This document shows, piece after piece, positions 44,402 to 53,796 of a stretch of DNA of 64,000 nucleotides. Position numbers and translations under genes: made by a program. Position 1 is the first letter of the stretch; each line of letters opens with the position of its first letter. Under the pieces are notes generated by a model. The model did no database searches, had not been told where the DNA came from, and saw only the letters and a program-made list of their open reading frames with translations. The DNA comes from a virus (lineage: Duplodnaviria > Caudoviricetes): IMG/VR virus record IMGVR_UViG_3300042010_000129, positions 1-64,000 of that record. One strand, written 5' to 3'.

Positions 44402-45916
44402 ATGCAGATTCACAGTCAGACCGCTGAACTCCGGGCGTTGCTAACAGTAACGACCAAAAAGATGAACGAAGAACAGCGAACACTGTGGCTCGGCAAACTC
44501 AACAAGGATCATTTCTTCACGCCGGTGATGCGACAAGCTTTCGAGCGAATCACATCGCTGGCGCGGAAGCGTTTCCAAATCGTCAGCTGGAAAAGTCTGA
44601 TTGAAGACCCAAGCCTCGACGAAGACATTCGCGATATTCTGGCGGAAACCAAGGAAAAACCTTGCGTCAAGAAATCGCAAATGCGGGAGACGCTGGAAAC
44701 TCTTGAAGAGTTCCGCAAAATTCGAGTCATGCGGGACGTTGCGAATCTTATTTATGAATCGCTCGAAGGCACGGCAGTTGATGCTGAAAACCTTCTGAAC
44801 CGCGTCCAGCAGAACATTACGAAAGCCACCGCCGCTAAGCATCAAGACGTTTCTTTTCTGCGCTTCGGTAAGGATGCAAACAGTCGCGAAGTAACCGACC
44901 GTATCTGTCGTAACGAAACCATGCCCCGGATTAAAACGGGCATGGCCGCTTACGATTTGGCGAACGGCGGGTTTCCGGATTCTGGCGTGGTGTTTTTGGC
45001 CGCGACAACTTCCGGTGGTAAATCGACAGTCGCGATGAACATTGCGCTGCACATGTTTTTGAATGAAAAGTTAAGCGTCTTCCGCGTCTCCCTCGAAATG
45101 CAGGAGATTCAAGAAACGCAGCGGATGTATTCTCACTTAACAGGCATTCCGCTCAAGCGGTTCAAGCATGCCGTGTTGACTGAGGATGACAAACGCAAAA
45201 TCCGCAAGGTCGAAAAGGATCTTGCAAAGCATGGTGAAAAGCACGGTATCCACCAGACGATCCACTGCCCGAAAGGCGGATTGTCCATGGAAGAAACTCT
45301 GCAACTCGCCAAGCCGTTTGGCTACAAAATCATCGTGATCGACTACATCGGTTTGTTGAACGAAGACAGCGGCAAAGATCAGTGGAAATCTCTGATGGAT
45401 GCGGCGCGTATCGCGAAGAACTACACGCAAGAAACTGGCGCCCTCGTTATCCTGCTTGCACAGTTGGACGACGAAAAAGAAAGCATGCGTTATTCCAAAG
45501 GTATGAAGGAACACGCCGACGTTGTAATCCAGTGGAACTACACCCGTCCGGAAAGTCGCGAAGTGCGCCTGATTCCAATGTTCGTTTCCAAAGACCGGGA
45601 CGGTGAAACAAACTTCGGTTACGACCTCGAAGAACGTTTCGATATCATGACTGTATTTAACCCCGGCACGCAAAACGGCGGATCGGGCGGAGGAAACCTT
45701 GAGTTCGAAGATGACGACGGAGACAAAAAGCCGAAAAAGAAAAAGCTTAAAGACGGGTCAAGCAAAAAGCTCAAAGACTCCGACGACAAGCCGAAAAAGC
45801 TCAAGAAAAAAGGAACCAAGTCACTCAAAGAAGAACTCAACCCCGGCAAAAAGAAAAAATCTAAATCCAGCACCAAATCCATCGGGTATGATGATGGGCC
45901 TGCCGCGCTCTCTTGA
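44402..45916 (+). CDS. dnaB: DnaB-like replicative helicase
   Basis: AATTSGGKST Walker A, VSLEM, IIVIDYIGLL Walker B, LAQL, ADVV; D/K-rich C-tail. Confidence 0.95.
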   Translation: MQIHSQTAELRALLTVTTKKMNEEQRTLWLGKLNKDHFFTPVMRQAFERITSLARKRFQIVSWKSLIEDPSLDEDIRDILAETKEKPCVKKSQMRETLETLEEFRKIRVMRDVANLIYESLEGTAVDAENLLNRVQQNITKATAAKHQDVSFLRFGKDANSREVTDRICRNETMPRIKTGMAAYDLANGGFPDSGVVFLAATTSGGKSTVAMNIALHMFLNEKLSVFRVSLEMQEIQETQRMYSHLTGIPLKRFKHAVLTEDDKRKIRKVEKDLAKHGEKHGIHQTIHCPKGGLSMEETLQLAKPFGYKIIVIDYIGLLNEDSGKDQWKSLMDAARIAKNYTQETGALVILLAQLDDEKESMRYSKGMKEHADVVIQWNYTRPESREVRLIPMFVSKDRDGETNFGYDLEERFDIMTVFNPGTQNGGSGGGNLEFEDDDGDKKPKKKKLKDGSSKKLKDSDDKPKKLKKKGTKSLKEELNPGKKKKSKSSTKSIGYDDGPAALS

Positions 45917-46643
45917 TAAGCTCACACGCGGCGAACACATCGACATTGTTGCAGGCAACACCCGCATAGGAACCCATGACGTTTTTCCAACGAAAAATGT
46001 TTTCCTTGTCGAACATCGACCGGTGCCAAACGGAGTCTTCCGTGCTGACCCGACCATCCCGCCATGGCGTTATGCAGACGCAATTGCCATGGACGTTCCC
46101 TACGATGCCCCGCGCACTCGCCACGAAAATATTCACTACTACGAAGAAAAAGAATCTCCGCTCGCAATGAACGAGTTCGAGGTTCCTGACTCTGAATTAG
46201 TGGATTTCAATTCGGAAGCATCGCGGGAACTGGAACGTTACAAAAAACTCTTTTATAAAAACGCCGCGTCTCTCAGTGCTTTGCACGATGCGGCGGAATA
46301 TGTTGAGGCTGCTTTGAGTAGCGGCCTCGATATCGAACTCGACATGGACTTGGCGTTGCTTAACGCCTTTGTCCCGCTGTCCCGGCTCGACGCAATCGCA
46401 ACCATGGCGCGTTCCACTTCTTTGACCGGAACGCAGCAAGAATCCTACATCGAAAAAGTCACTGCATTCCTTGCTGAAAAAACTGTCCACGCTCTCGATA
46501 AATACGACGCGGGTGTGGCTGCACGCAAGGGATTCGAACATGCTAAGGAACTGTATGCACGCGTACTTACGAAAGAACAGCAAACTACGCAGAATGCCGA
46601 TCATCCGCAAACGATGTGGGGCATCCGAGGTACACGCAAATAA
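45888..46643 (+). CDS. Hypothetical protein just upstream of TerL (small terminase candidate by position only)
   Basis: Stop overlaps the TerL start; no diagnostic motif. Confidence 0.7.
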   Translation: MMMGLPRSLDKLTRGEHIDIVAGNTRIGTHDVFPTKNVFLVEHRPVPNGVFRADPTIPPWRYADAIAMDVPYDAPRTRHENIHYYEEKESPLAMNEFEVPDSELVDFNSEASRELERYKKLFYKNAASLSALHDAAEYVEAALSSGLDIELDMDLALLNAFVPLSRLDAIATMARSTSLTGTQQESYIEKVTAFLAEKTVHALDKYDAGVAARKGFEHAKELYARVLTKEQQTTQNADHPQTMWGIRGTRK

Positions 46644-49543
46644 TGAAGATGAAGAAATCGAAAGGGGGCTTATTAGTCCCCGACAAGCGCATCATGGTGG
46701 CGCAGGATAATCCGTTCGATTACCTTCTGAATTTGAAGGAACACGGACGGGTTCCCGCCCACGATGACATTGAACACATGGGCAAGTCCGCCGCATCCAT
46801 GATTACAAGTCTGGATGTGGATTCGGAAATCAATATTTCGAAAACCATCCGCGAATTGATGGACTCGAAAGTTGTAATCCCGAAGGACATGAAAATCGAC
46901 GACGGCGATTTGCCAGTCGCGAAAAACTTTTACGAATGGGTCACGCAAGACAAATTCGGCACCATCGGTGATGAACGTCCGTTCCTCGAACAATTGATTT
47001 GGGGCCTGATCGGATTCAACGACGTTTGTTATTCGTGTTCGGATATGCAGTGGTTGTTGCACGACCACAAAGTTGACGACACGTATTCGAAACTCGAACG
47101 GAAAGTCGCGCTGCTGGAAGAGGGCGTGTGTCCGCACTGTCACCGTGGGCGCTCTGAAGCCGTCAACGCGGGATTGATGCCGTACTACAACGAACTGGCA
47201 ATCAACGCCGGGCAACGTTGCGTAATCGGCAGCACACCAGTTCTATCGCAGCACGGCCTGCTGCACATCGACGAAGTTTATCCGGGGGCACCAATCGGAT
47301 TTACTGAATTCGAAACGCCAATTCACAACGGCCAACAATTTGAAACCACGTCGCATTATTTCGTCGCTGAGCCAGAAATGGTTTATCGGGTAGATACTGC
47401 ACGTGGTTTCTCTGTTACTGGCACAGCTGACCATCCTATCGACACGGAATTTGGTTTCGTGAAAATTGGTGAACTGGTGCCGAACACGCAGCTGGAAATT
47501 CACTACGGCCAACGGATCTTCGGCCAAGGTGTGTTGCGTGATGCTCGCCAAATGGGCAGCAACTTTTTCAATACAATTCTTCCGCTGCAAATACGCACAT
47601 CGTGCGAAGCGGATGTAATCAAATTTCTGCAAGGCCTCTTCCGCGAAGCGCGGCGCGTATTTGTGGGCACCGAAGCCCTACGCGACGTTAGCGCACTTCT
47701 CCTGAATGCTGGTTATCCTCACACGATTGACGGCCCAGCAATTCAACTCGAAAACGCCACGTTCGAAAATCTGAAAACAGATGCTTGGACTTCCGGCACA
47801 TTCACCGATCAAATCACAGAAATTTCTGAGTTCGGCGTTCTTCCTACCTACGATTTCACTCTGCCGGAAACGCACCAGTTCATCACTGGCGGTATTCTTT
47901 CGCACAACTCCGGTAAATCTCACACCGTGGGCACGTATCTAGCGCCCTATCACCTGCACCGATTGCTGAAACTGCAAAAGCCTGCGCAGTTCTATGGCCT
48001 GTCACGTACCACGATGCTGCAAGGCACGTTCGCGGCCCTGACCTACACGCAAGCAAAGGATACTTTGTGGACGCCGTTCTATGGCGCGCTCATTGAGTCC
48101 GCATGGTTCAAGCAATACCACGGGATGCTCAAGCATTACGAAAACGTTTATGGCGAACGTCTTTTCAAACTGACGGATACCTTCGTTGACTACCGTGTTC
48201 GGGGTTTGCAATATCACCCGATGGGGCCAGACAAACGGGTAATGCGGGGACGTACTCGCGTCTTTTTCTCAATCGACGAAATTGCATACTTCGACGCTGA
48301 AAAAGATTCCGGCAAAGTGAAAATCAACGCCTACGAAGTTTACGATGCATTGGCGAACAGCTTGCTTACCGTGCGCGGTGCGGCTGAACAGTTAATTCAA
48401 CGTGGCTTCGATGACGTGCTTAGTGCCTACGCGATGAACGTAAGTTCTCCGACCGCAAAAAACGACATGATCCACGTGCTGCTGGATCGTGCGAAAGAAT
48501 CCCAATCCATTTACGGGATTCACCGGCCAACGTGGGAAGTAAACCCGAACTTCAAACGCAATTCCAAGGTTATTGTCGATGCTTACCGCAAAGATCCGGA
48601 ATCTGCTGAAAAGAACTTCGGTGCAAATCCGCCGCTGATCGCAAACCCATTCCTCGCGAACCACAAGTTCATCATGAACACCGAGGATACGTCGAAAAAG
48701 AATGCGATCAAACTGGTTACGCGTTTCAAAAACAGCAAGCAACTCGGCCAGTCGTACATGTACGCCGAAATCGAGAAAATCAAGAAGAGCGGCAAGCCGT
48801 CTATTCTGGCAATCGACGCCGGGGAAAAGGACAACAGCTTTTCTGTTTGCGGCGGTACTCTCGACGAAGATTTTAATTTATGTGTAGACCTTGTTGGCGA
48901 GATTATTCCGCTGCCCGGCTACCGTTTGAATCATTCAAAGATTTACGATCACGTTATCCTGCCAATCATGCAGGCGCGTAATTGCAAGATACTTCTGGCC
49001 GACCGCTGGAACAGTATTAAACTTTTGGACGATGCACGCGGTGACATGAGCGATCCGGAAGCCGACGATGCAATGCCGGACTTTATCGCAAAGCAATACA
49101 GTCTGAAATACGTGGACATGGTGGGCGTCAGAACGCGAATGGAACAGGGCCAGATTATTCTGCCTAAATCCGAAATCAAGGTTAACACTTTGATCGACGT
49201 TATCGACTCGAACTATCGTGAGTTTTACCACGAAAAACCTGTAGCGCATTTGTACAAACAGATGTTTACCATTCGCGACCAACTAAAAGGTGTTGGTAAA
49301 GGCGATGGATATACCGATGATAACTGGCGAGCGATGGCCCTGCTGTTGTGGGGTTTGATGGAAGAGGAATACGTCGGAATGCTTATGGCAGAACCGATGA
49401 ACCTTACGCTTGCACGTCCTAACGCGTTGGCTGCTTCGAAACTTGGCGCAGGCGGTGGCGGATCGGTTGGCAATGGTGGCGGGGGCCTGACCACACAAAA
49501 CGGCGCACCACTCATGATTATGAGTTCCGGTCGCAGTCGTTAA
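46643..49543 (+). CDS. terL: Terminase large subunit with an intein
   Basis: Spliced Walker A GQR/SGKS, FFSIDEIAY Walker B, NVSSP, RNase H-like LAIDAG ... DRWNS ... TDD. Confidence 0.9.
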   Translation: MKMKKSKGGLLVPDKRIMVAQDNPFDYLLNLKEHGRVPAHDDIEHMGKSAASMITSLDVDSEINISKTIRELMDSKVVIPKDMKIDDGDLPVAKNFYEWVTQDKFGTIGDERPFLEQLIWGLIGFNDVCYSCSDMQWLLHDHKVDDTYSKLERKVALLEEGVCPHCHRGRSEAVNAGLMPYYNELAINAGQRCVIGSTPVLSQHGLLHIDEVYPGAPIGFTEFETPIHNGQQFETTSHYFVAEPEMVYRVDTARGFSVTGTADHPIDTEFGFVKIGELVPNTQLEIHYGQRIFGQGVLRDARQMGSNFFNTILPLQIRTSCEADVIKFLQGLFREARRVFVGTEALRDVSALLLNAGYPHTIDGPAIQLENATFENLKTDAWTSGTFTDQITEISEFGVLPTYDFTLPETHQFITGGILSHNSGKSHTVGTYLAPYHLHRLLKLQKPAQFYGLSRTTMLQGTFAALTYTQAKDTLWTPFYGALIESAWFKQYHGMLKHYENVYGERLFKLTDTFVDYRVRGLQYHPMGPDKRVMRGRTRVFFSIDEIAYFDAEKDSGKVKINAYEVYDALANSLLTVRGAAEQLIQRGFDDVLSAYAMNVSSPTAKNDMIHVLLDRAKESQSIYGIHRPTWEVNPNFKRNSKVIVDAYRKDPESAEKNFGANPPLIANPFLANHKFIMNTEDTSKKNAIKLVTRFKNSKQLGQSYMYAEIEKIKKSGKPSILAIDAGEKDNSFSVCGGTLDEDFNLCVDLVGEIIPLPGYRLNHSKIYDHVILPIMQARNCKILLADRWNSIKLLDDARGDMSDPEADDAMPDFIAKQYSLKYVDMVGVRTRMEQGQIILPKSEIKVNTLIDVIDSNYREFYHEKPVAHLYKQMFTIRDQLKGVGKGDGYTDDNWRAMALLLWGLMEEEYVGMLMAEPMNLTLARPNALAASKLGAGGGGSVGNGGGGLTTQNGAPLMIMSSGRSR
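47219..47908 (+). mobile_element. Intein, 230 aa, with degenerate LAGLIDADG remnant
   Basis: Starts CVIGSTPV, block B TGTADHPI, ends TYDFTLPETHQFITGGILSHN with +1 Ser; KFLQGLF and DVSALLLNAG remnants. Confidence 0.95.
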
Positions 49544-49548
49544 ATACG

Positions 49549-49583
49549 GCGCTCCATTTGGGGCGCTGTTTACTTTCTTTTTG
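49549..49583 (+). terminator. Probable intrinsic terminator
   Basis: gcgctcc-attt-ggggcgc followed by a T-rich run. Confidence 0.6.
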
Positions 49584-49635
49584 CTGGTGACTATTATGAA
49601 AACTTTGCATCCCAAGATTTTCGAGGAATTCCCTA

Positions 49636-50652
49636 ATGTCACTAAACCTGACGCAGTTCAAATGGTTTCAGTATGACGAAAAAGCGGCGGAACTGGTTTT
49701 CGATCAGGATCGCCACAACGAAGACTACGTGCTGGAACTTCACCCCGGAAATATCTACGGTGTAAAGAAACGCGCACATGGCATTTTCGTCGTACACAAA
49801 AACAGTCCCGATATTCAGTTCTCGCTGAATGATCAGGAATACACGCGCATCGTTACGCACTCCAAAGGCTGGTCGGGAAAGATCAAACGCCAAGAAGTGA
49901 AAGCGGGCGTCGGTGGACTCGACAAACCAGTAACCGAACTGCCTGCCGGTTGGGTTCGGATGGAAGTCGATAGCTCCAACCTCAACACCGTTATTTACGA
50001 CAAGAAACGAAAAGTTTTGTACGTTGCATTCCACAACGGCGCGTCGTGGGCCTATGAGAATGTTTCGCTGAAAGAATACAAGGAAATGGAAGCCGCTGAA
50101 TCGCGTGGCCGTTTCTTTATTTACCGAATCAAATACGTGAAGCCTCAATACAAACTGGGGAACAACTTCGACCAGCCGCCGTATGACGTTGAGAAAACCA
50201 GTCCGAGTGTAATGCCTGTAAATCCAGCCGAGAAAAATAAACCGGTGGAAGAAAAATCTGTAAAGGAACCTAAGAAGACTGCGAAAAAACCGGCTGAAAA
50301 ACCGGGTCATGTAGCTTTGAAAGTTCCACGCGGCGCACTCGATAACTGGATGGGTTCCGAGGAAGGTTCGTTCGAAGATCACCACGTCGATAACAAACCT
50401 CCGGCCAAACACGTTTACAACCTGCTGAAGAGTGGCAAGATTGAAAGTGAGGAAGATATGTTCTCCCTCCTGAAATCTCTGAAAAACAATTCGCTGGTTT
50501 CCTACGATAAGCGCTCTTTCAACACCGCCGCTAAATCGTTGCTGTCCATTGCCGACCACTATCCGTTCTCGGAAAAAGGTTTGAAGGATTATAAACACGA
50601 CCGTGAACTGATCATGGAAATGATCAAGAAATCCGCACTCCATTTTATGTAG
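49636..50652 (+). CDS. KTSC-domain protein, 338 aa
   Basis: VDSSNLNTVIYD....LYVAFHNGASWAYENV...Y..M..AESRGRFF...IK. Confidence 0.85.
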   Translation: MSLNLTQFKWFQYDEKAAELVFDQDRHNEDYVLELHPGNIYGVKKRAHGIFVVHKNSPDIQFSLNDQEYTRIVTHSKGWSGKIKRQEVKAGVGGLDKPVTELPAGWVRMEVDSSNLNTVIYDKKRKVLYVAFHNGASWAYENVSLKEYKEMEAAESRGRFFIYRIKYVKPQYKLGNNFDQPPYDVEKTSPSVMPVNPAEKNKPVEEKSVKEPKKTAKKPAEKPGHVALKVPRGALDNWMGSEEGSFEDHHVDNKPPAKHVYNLLKSGKIESEEDMFSLLKSLKNNSLVSYDKRSFNTAAKSLLSIADHYPFSEKGLKDYKHDRELIMEMIKKSALHFM

Positions 50653-50659
50653 GAAGAAA

Positions 50660-51298
50660 ATGCCAATCCTAGCCGATGCACTGGTTGAACCAATCAAAGA
50701 AGACGAAGGCCGTTATTTGCAGATGATTGCAGACGGCGACCTTGAAGAGTCCGAGCCATTTGGTTTTATGGGAATCGGATACAAACTTTACGTGGGCACT
50801 GATCGTTATGTTCCGGGCCTGTCGAATTGTCGGTTGGTCGTCCTGTTCAAAGGCGAAGATTGTGTTTATTCCTGCTATTTCAAAATGGCGGAAAACCAAT
50901 ACTTCGGAAATCGCGTGGTGCAGGTTGAGGTTCGGCAGTCTCCAACGTTGCCGGGCCTTGCACGCTCCATGATGCGCAATTATTTCCTGCGTTTTTATGA
51001 TTCGATTCGCACGGATCTTTCAAGCACACCGCAAGGCCGCAATATGTGGCAGCAATTCTACACGGACTATCGGAAATCCGGTGACGTGTTTTTCTACCAA
51101 GGGTTGGTAAATATCGACCTGCGCAAATCGGACGGGTCGAATAATCAAGATGCATCCTGTCCAGAGGTGGTAACTCACTTGCGCGCCATGCGCAACGCCT
51201 GCACCGTACTGCGTGAAGGGATGTGGCACGACAATAAGCAGGGTAACGTTATTGTTATCTACGCATCCAACAAACCTCTATGGACAAAAGATCAATGA
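50660..51298 (+). CDS. Hypothetical protein, 212 aa
   Basis: AGGA SD; ATGA overlap with the portal gene. Confidence 0.8.
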   Translation: MPILADALVEPIKEDEGRYLQMIADGDLEESEPFGFMGIGYKLYVGTDRYVPGLSNCRLVVLFKGEDCVYSCYFKMAENQYFGNRVVQVEVRQSPTLPGLARSMMRNYFLRFYDSIRTDLSSTPQGRNMWQQFYTDYRKSGDVFFYQGLVNIDLRKSDGSNNQDASCPEVVTHLRAMRNACTVLREGMWHDNKQGNVIVIYASNKPLWTKDQ

Positions 51299-53235
51299 AA
51301 CTACGAAAAACGAACCGGGTTCCAATCGGTCAAGCGCCTGCTAATCGCGCCCCGCAAGCGATGGGTACTGCAAAGCAGTATTACCCGAAAACCAATCAGC
51401 AAAAGATCGACGATTATCTGGCAACGGCAGGCAGCGGCGGCAACGCGCAAATGTCTCAGATGCCTATCGAAATCGACATTGATCCGATGTTGAAAGATAT
51501 CGTGTTTTCCGAAGACCTTGAACAGAAAAAACTGGTCATGCGGATTTACACGGACATGTATTACAACGATTCCATCGGCGGTTCCATTGTCGATATCAAA
51601 TCGCAGCTGATGTTCTCCGACTTCACCATTTCCGGAATCATGGATCGCCGGGTGATGGATGATTTTATGGAAAACGTGGATCGTCTGGATATCCGCAACC
51701 TGATGCCCGACGTGGCAATCGACTACAACGTAAAAGGCGGTTTCATCGGATCGCTTTTGTACAACGAAAAATCGCAAGTGTTCTCGCGGATCATGCCGCA
51801 CGCTTACGAAAACACAAAGATCGACATGCTGCCTTTCCACGGCACCGATCCGCTGATCACTGTAGCGTTTCCCGAATACATCCGGGCGACCATGGCTTCC
51901 GATAGTCCGCGTGTAAAAGCACTGCGTGAATTCCTCGGCGCCGACGTGATGAAACAGCTTTCGAACGAAGCGCTGGAACTCGACCAGAAATCCACCGTTT
52001 ACGTTCCGCGCCGTTCTGGTTCCAGTTCAACCGGCACCAGTTATTATCGTCGAATCATGCCGTGGTATTTGCTGGAGAAAAACCTTTTCCGTGGCACGTT
52101 GGTACGAAGTGCAATGCGTCAAAAAGGTATTCTGCACGTAACGCTTGACGGCGCTGGCGAATGGGAACCGACACTGGCCGACATGCAGGCCGTGATGGAT
52201 ATGTTCATGAACGCCGATGCTGACCCGGTAGGCGCCGTGGTTGCAACGCGTGGCGGTATTTCCACTGAGGAAATTCGTGACCCACAAGGCGGTTGGACAA
52301 TCTTCGATAACAAAGACGCAATCGACTCGATTAAAATGAAAGCACTCGGAATTTCCGATGCATTCCTTTCGGGTGACGCGACTTATGCAAACGGCGATAC
52401 TTCGACCAGTTTCTTTATCGACGCAATTCGTACTGAACGTGATTGGCTGACCCGCAAGACTTTGTACAGCCGCATTTTCCCGATGATTTCCGCGTTGAAA
52501 GGCTACACGCTGAACCGCGACGGCAAATTGATTACTCGCGGTAACAGCCTCGACAAACTCGATCCAATGGGCAGCTTCGAACGACTCAACGACGGCACCC
52601 GTCTTTTGATTCCGACGATCCATTGGGAAAAGACTTTGCAGCCGGAAGGCGATCAGCAATACATGGATATGCTGCAAGCCATGTCGGATAAAGGCGTACC
52701 TGTTCCACTGCGCGTTATGGCGGCGGCTGGTGGCCTGAACCTTGACCGTTTGTTGGCCGGTCAGGATTCCGATTTGTTGGCGCAAGAATCGCTTTATCAA
52801 TACCAAAAGAAAATCAAAGATTTGAAAAAGAAATACGGTATTGATGACGCTGGCGATATGGGCGGCGGTGGCATGGGCGGTGGCGGTTTCGCTTCTACTG
52901 CATCCAGCTACGATCAGCAATTGATGCACATGGCCCGCACTAATCCCGGTTTGTTCGAAGCATTCCGCGCACAGGCACAATCCATTTATAACCAGAACCT
53001 CGACAATACGCATTCCGATGTATTGGCCCGCAACAATGGTCAAATCGTTGGTTTGGCGAATCGCCAATTCGGTGAAATGGGCGATGCTTACGGCTATTCG
53101 CATGACGGTAAAAAGAAACATTTGACCAATCAAAAGTTGGCGAAAGAACGTCAGAACGAAAAGATCGTTAAATTCCTTCGGGATCGTGATGCTCGTACCG
53201 GCGTCGGTGCAAAGCGTTCGCGCACTCGTTTGTAA
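51295..53235 (+). CDS. Probable portal protein
   Basis: ~650 aa, near TerL; GTSYYRRI and ALGISDAFLSG segments plus an overall pattern like myophage portals. Confidence 0.6.
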   Translation: MKLRKTNRVPIGQAPANRAPQAMGTAKQYYPKTNQQKIDDYLATAGSGGNAQMSQMPIEIDIDPMLKDIVFSEDLEQKKLVMRIYTDMYYNDSIGGSIVDIKSQLMFSDFTISGIMDRRVMDDFMENVDRLDIRNLMPDVAIDYNVKGGFIGSLLYNEKSQVFSRIMPHAYENTKIDMLPFHGTDPLITVAFPEYIRATMASDSPRVKALREFLGADVMKQLSNEALELDQKSTVYVPRRSGSSSTGTSYYRRIMPWYLLEKNLFRGTLVRSAMRQKGILHVTLDGAGEWEPTLADMQAVMDMFMNADADPVGAVVATRGGISTEEIRDPQGGWTIFDNKDAIDSIKMKALGISDAFLSGDATYANGDTSTSFFIDAIRTERDWLTRKTLYSRIFPMISALKGYTLNRDGKLITRGNSLDKLDPMGSFERLNDGTRLLIPTIHWEKTLQPEGDQQYMDMLQAMSDKGVPVPLRVMAAAGGLNLDRLLAGQDSDLLAQESLYQYQKKIKDLKKKYGIDDAGDMGGGGMGGGGFASTASSYDQQLMHMARTNPGLFEAFRAQAQSIYNQNLDNTHSDVLARNNGQIVGLANRQFGEMGDAYGYSHDGKKKHLTNQKLAKERQNEKIVKFLRDRDARTGVGAKRSRTRL

Positions 53236-53254
53236 TTTATTCATAGCAGCCAAA

Positions 53255-53265
53255 AACTGTAAATA
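53255..53265 (+). promoter_or_regulatory. AACTGTAAATA motif
   Basis: 5 nt before the 5' arm of the rod-shaped RNA. Confidence 0.65.
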
Positions 53266-53269
53266 ATGT

Positions 53270-53478
53270 ACAAGGAGTTGAGAAACGTTCGACACTAGCC
53301 AGACCAAAGGGTTGGGGATCGGGTAACGACGCTACGGGCTTAGCTGGCCATTACATGATAGTCGTTGCCCACTTGACCGATAATGATATGTGGAACGTTC
53401 TCTCAATTTCTCCTTTGTTCAGGCAAAGGTGGTACAACCCAACCGCGCCCTGTGAGCAATTGCACGGCGCGGTTTTTT
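53270..53478 (+). ncRNA. Candidate non-coding RNA: ~150-nt rod with central bubble, plus terminator
   Basis: 53270-53290 pairs with 53393-53418; 53321-53330 pairs with 53361-53370; bounded by motif and terminator; no credible ORF. Confidence 0.6.
53441..53478 (+). terminator. Intrinsic terminator
   Basis: aaccgcgcc ... ggcgcggtt followed by T-run. Confidence 0.85.
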
Positions 53479-53496
53479 CGTTTCTGGAGCCGAAAT

Positions 53497-53796
53497 ATGT
53501 GGGACGAATTAACATACGAAGAACAACTGAATTTTCTGATTGAATTGTGCGGAACATCTAGCGGATATCCGACGATTGATCACGAACTGGTTTTCCTGTG
53601 CGAAGCGGTATTGAATACCAAACAGCGCCGGGAATACGTGGATCATATGAGCGGCACAATTGCCGATCACACCTATCGCCGGATTGATCCTGAACACCCG
53701 GACGCCGCGACTCAGTATTACTTCAACATGATGCACGCTGCTGTTGAATTGCGTGCGAAAATGATTTGGTGCGCTGCGACAGGAAATCAACCGTAA
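53497..53796 (+). CDS. Hypothetical protein, 99 aa
   Basis: GGAG SD before MWDEL; TAATG overlap with the spike gene. Confidence 0.75.
   Translation: MWDELTYEEQLNFLIELCGTSSGYPTIDHELVFLCEAVLNTKQRREYVDHMSGTIADHTYRRIDPEHPDAATQYYFNMMHAAVELRAKMIWCAATGNQP

Noticed and set aside
53355-53543. 62-aa ORF, and the 137-aa extension of the 53497 gene
   Set aside because: No SD; both cross the RNA rod and/or terminator. The downstream gene has a good GGAG-ATG start at 53497.
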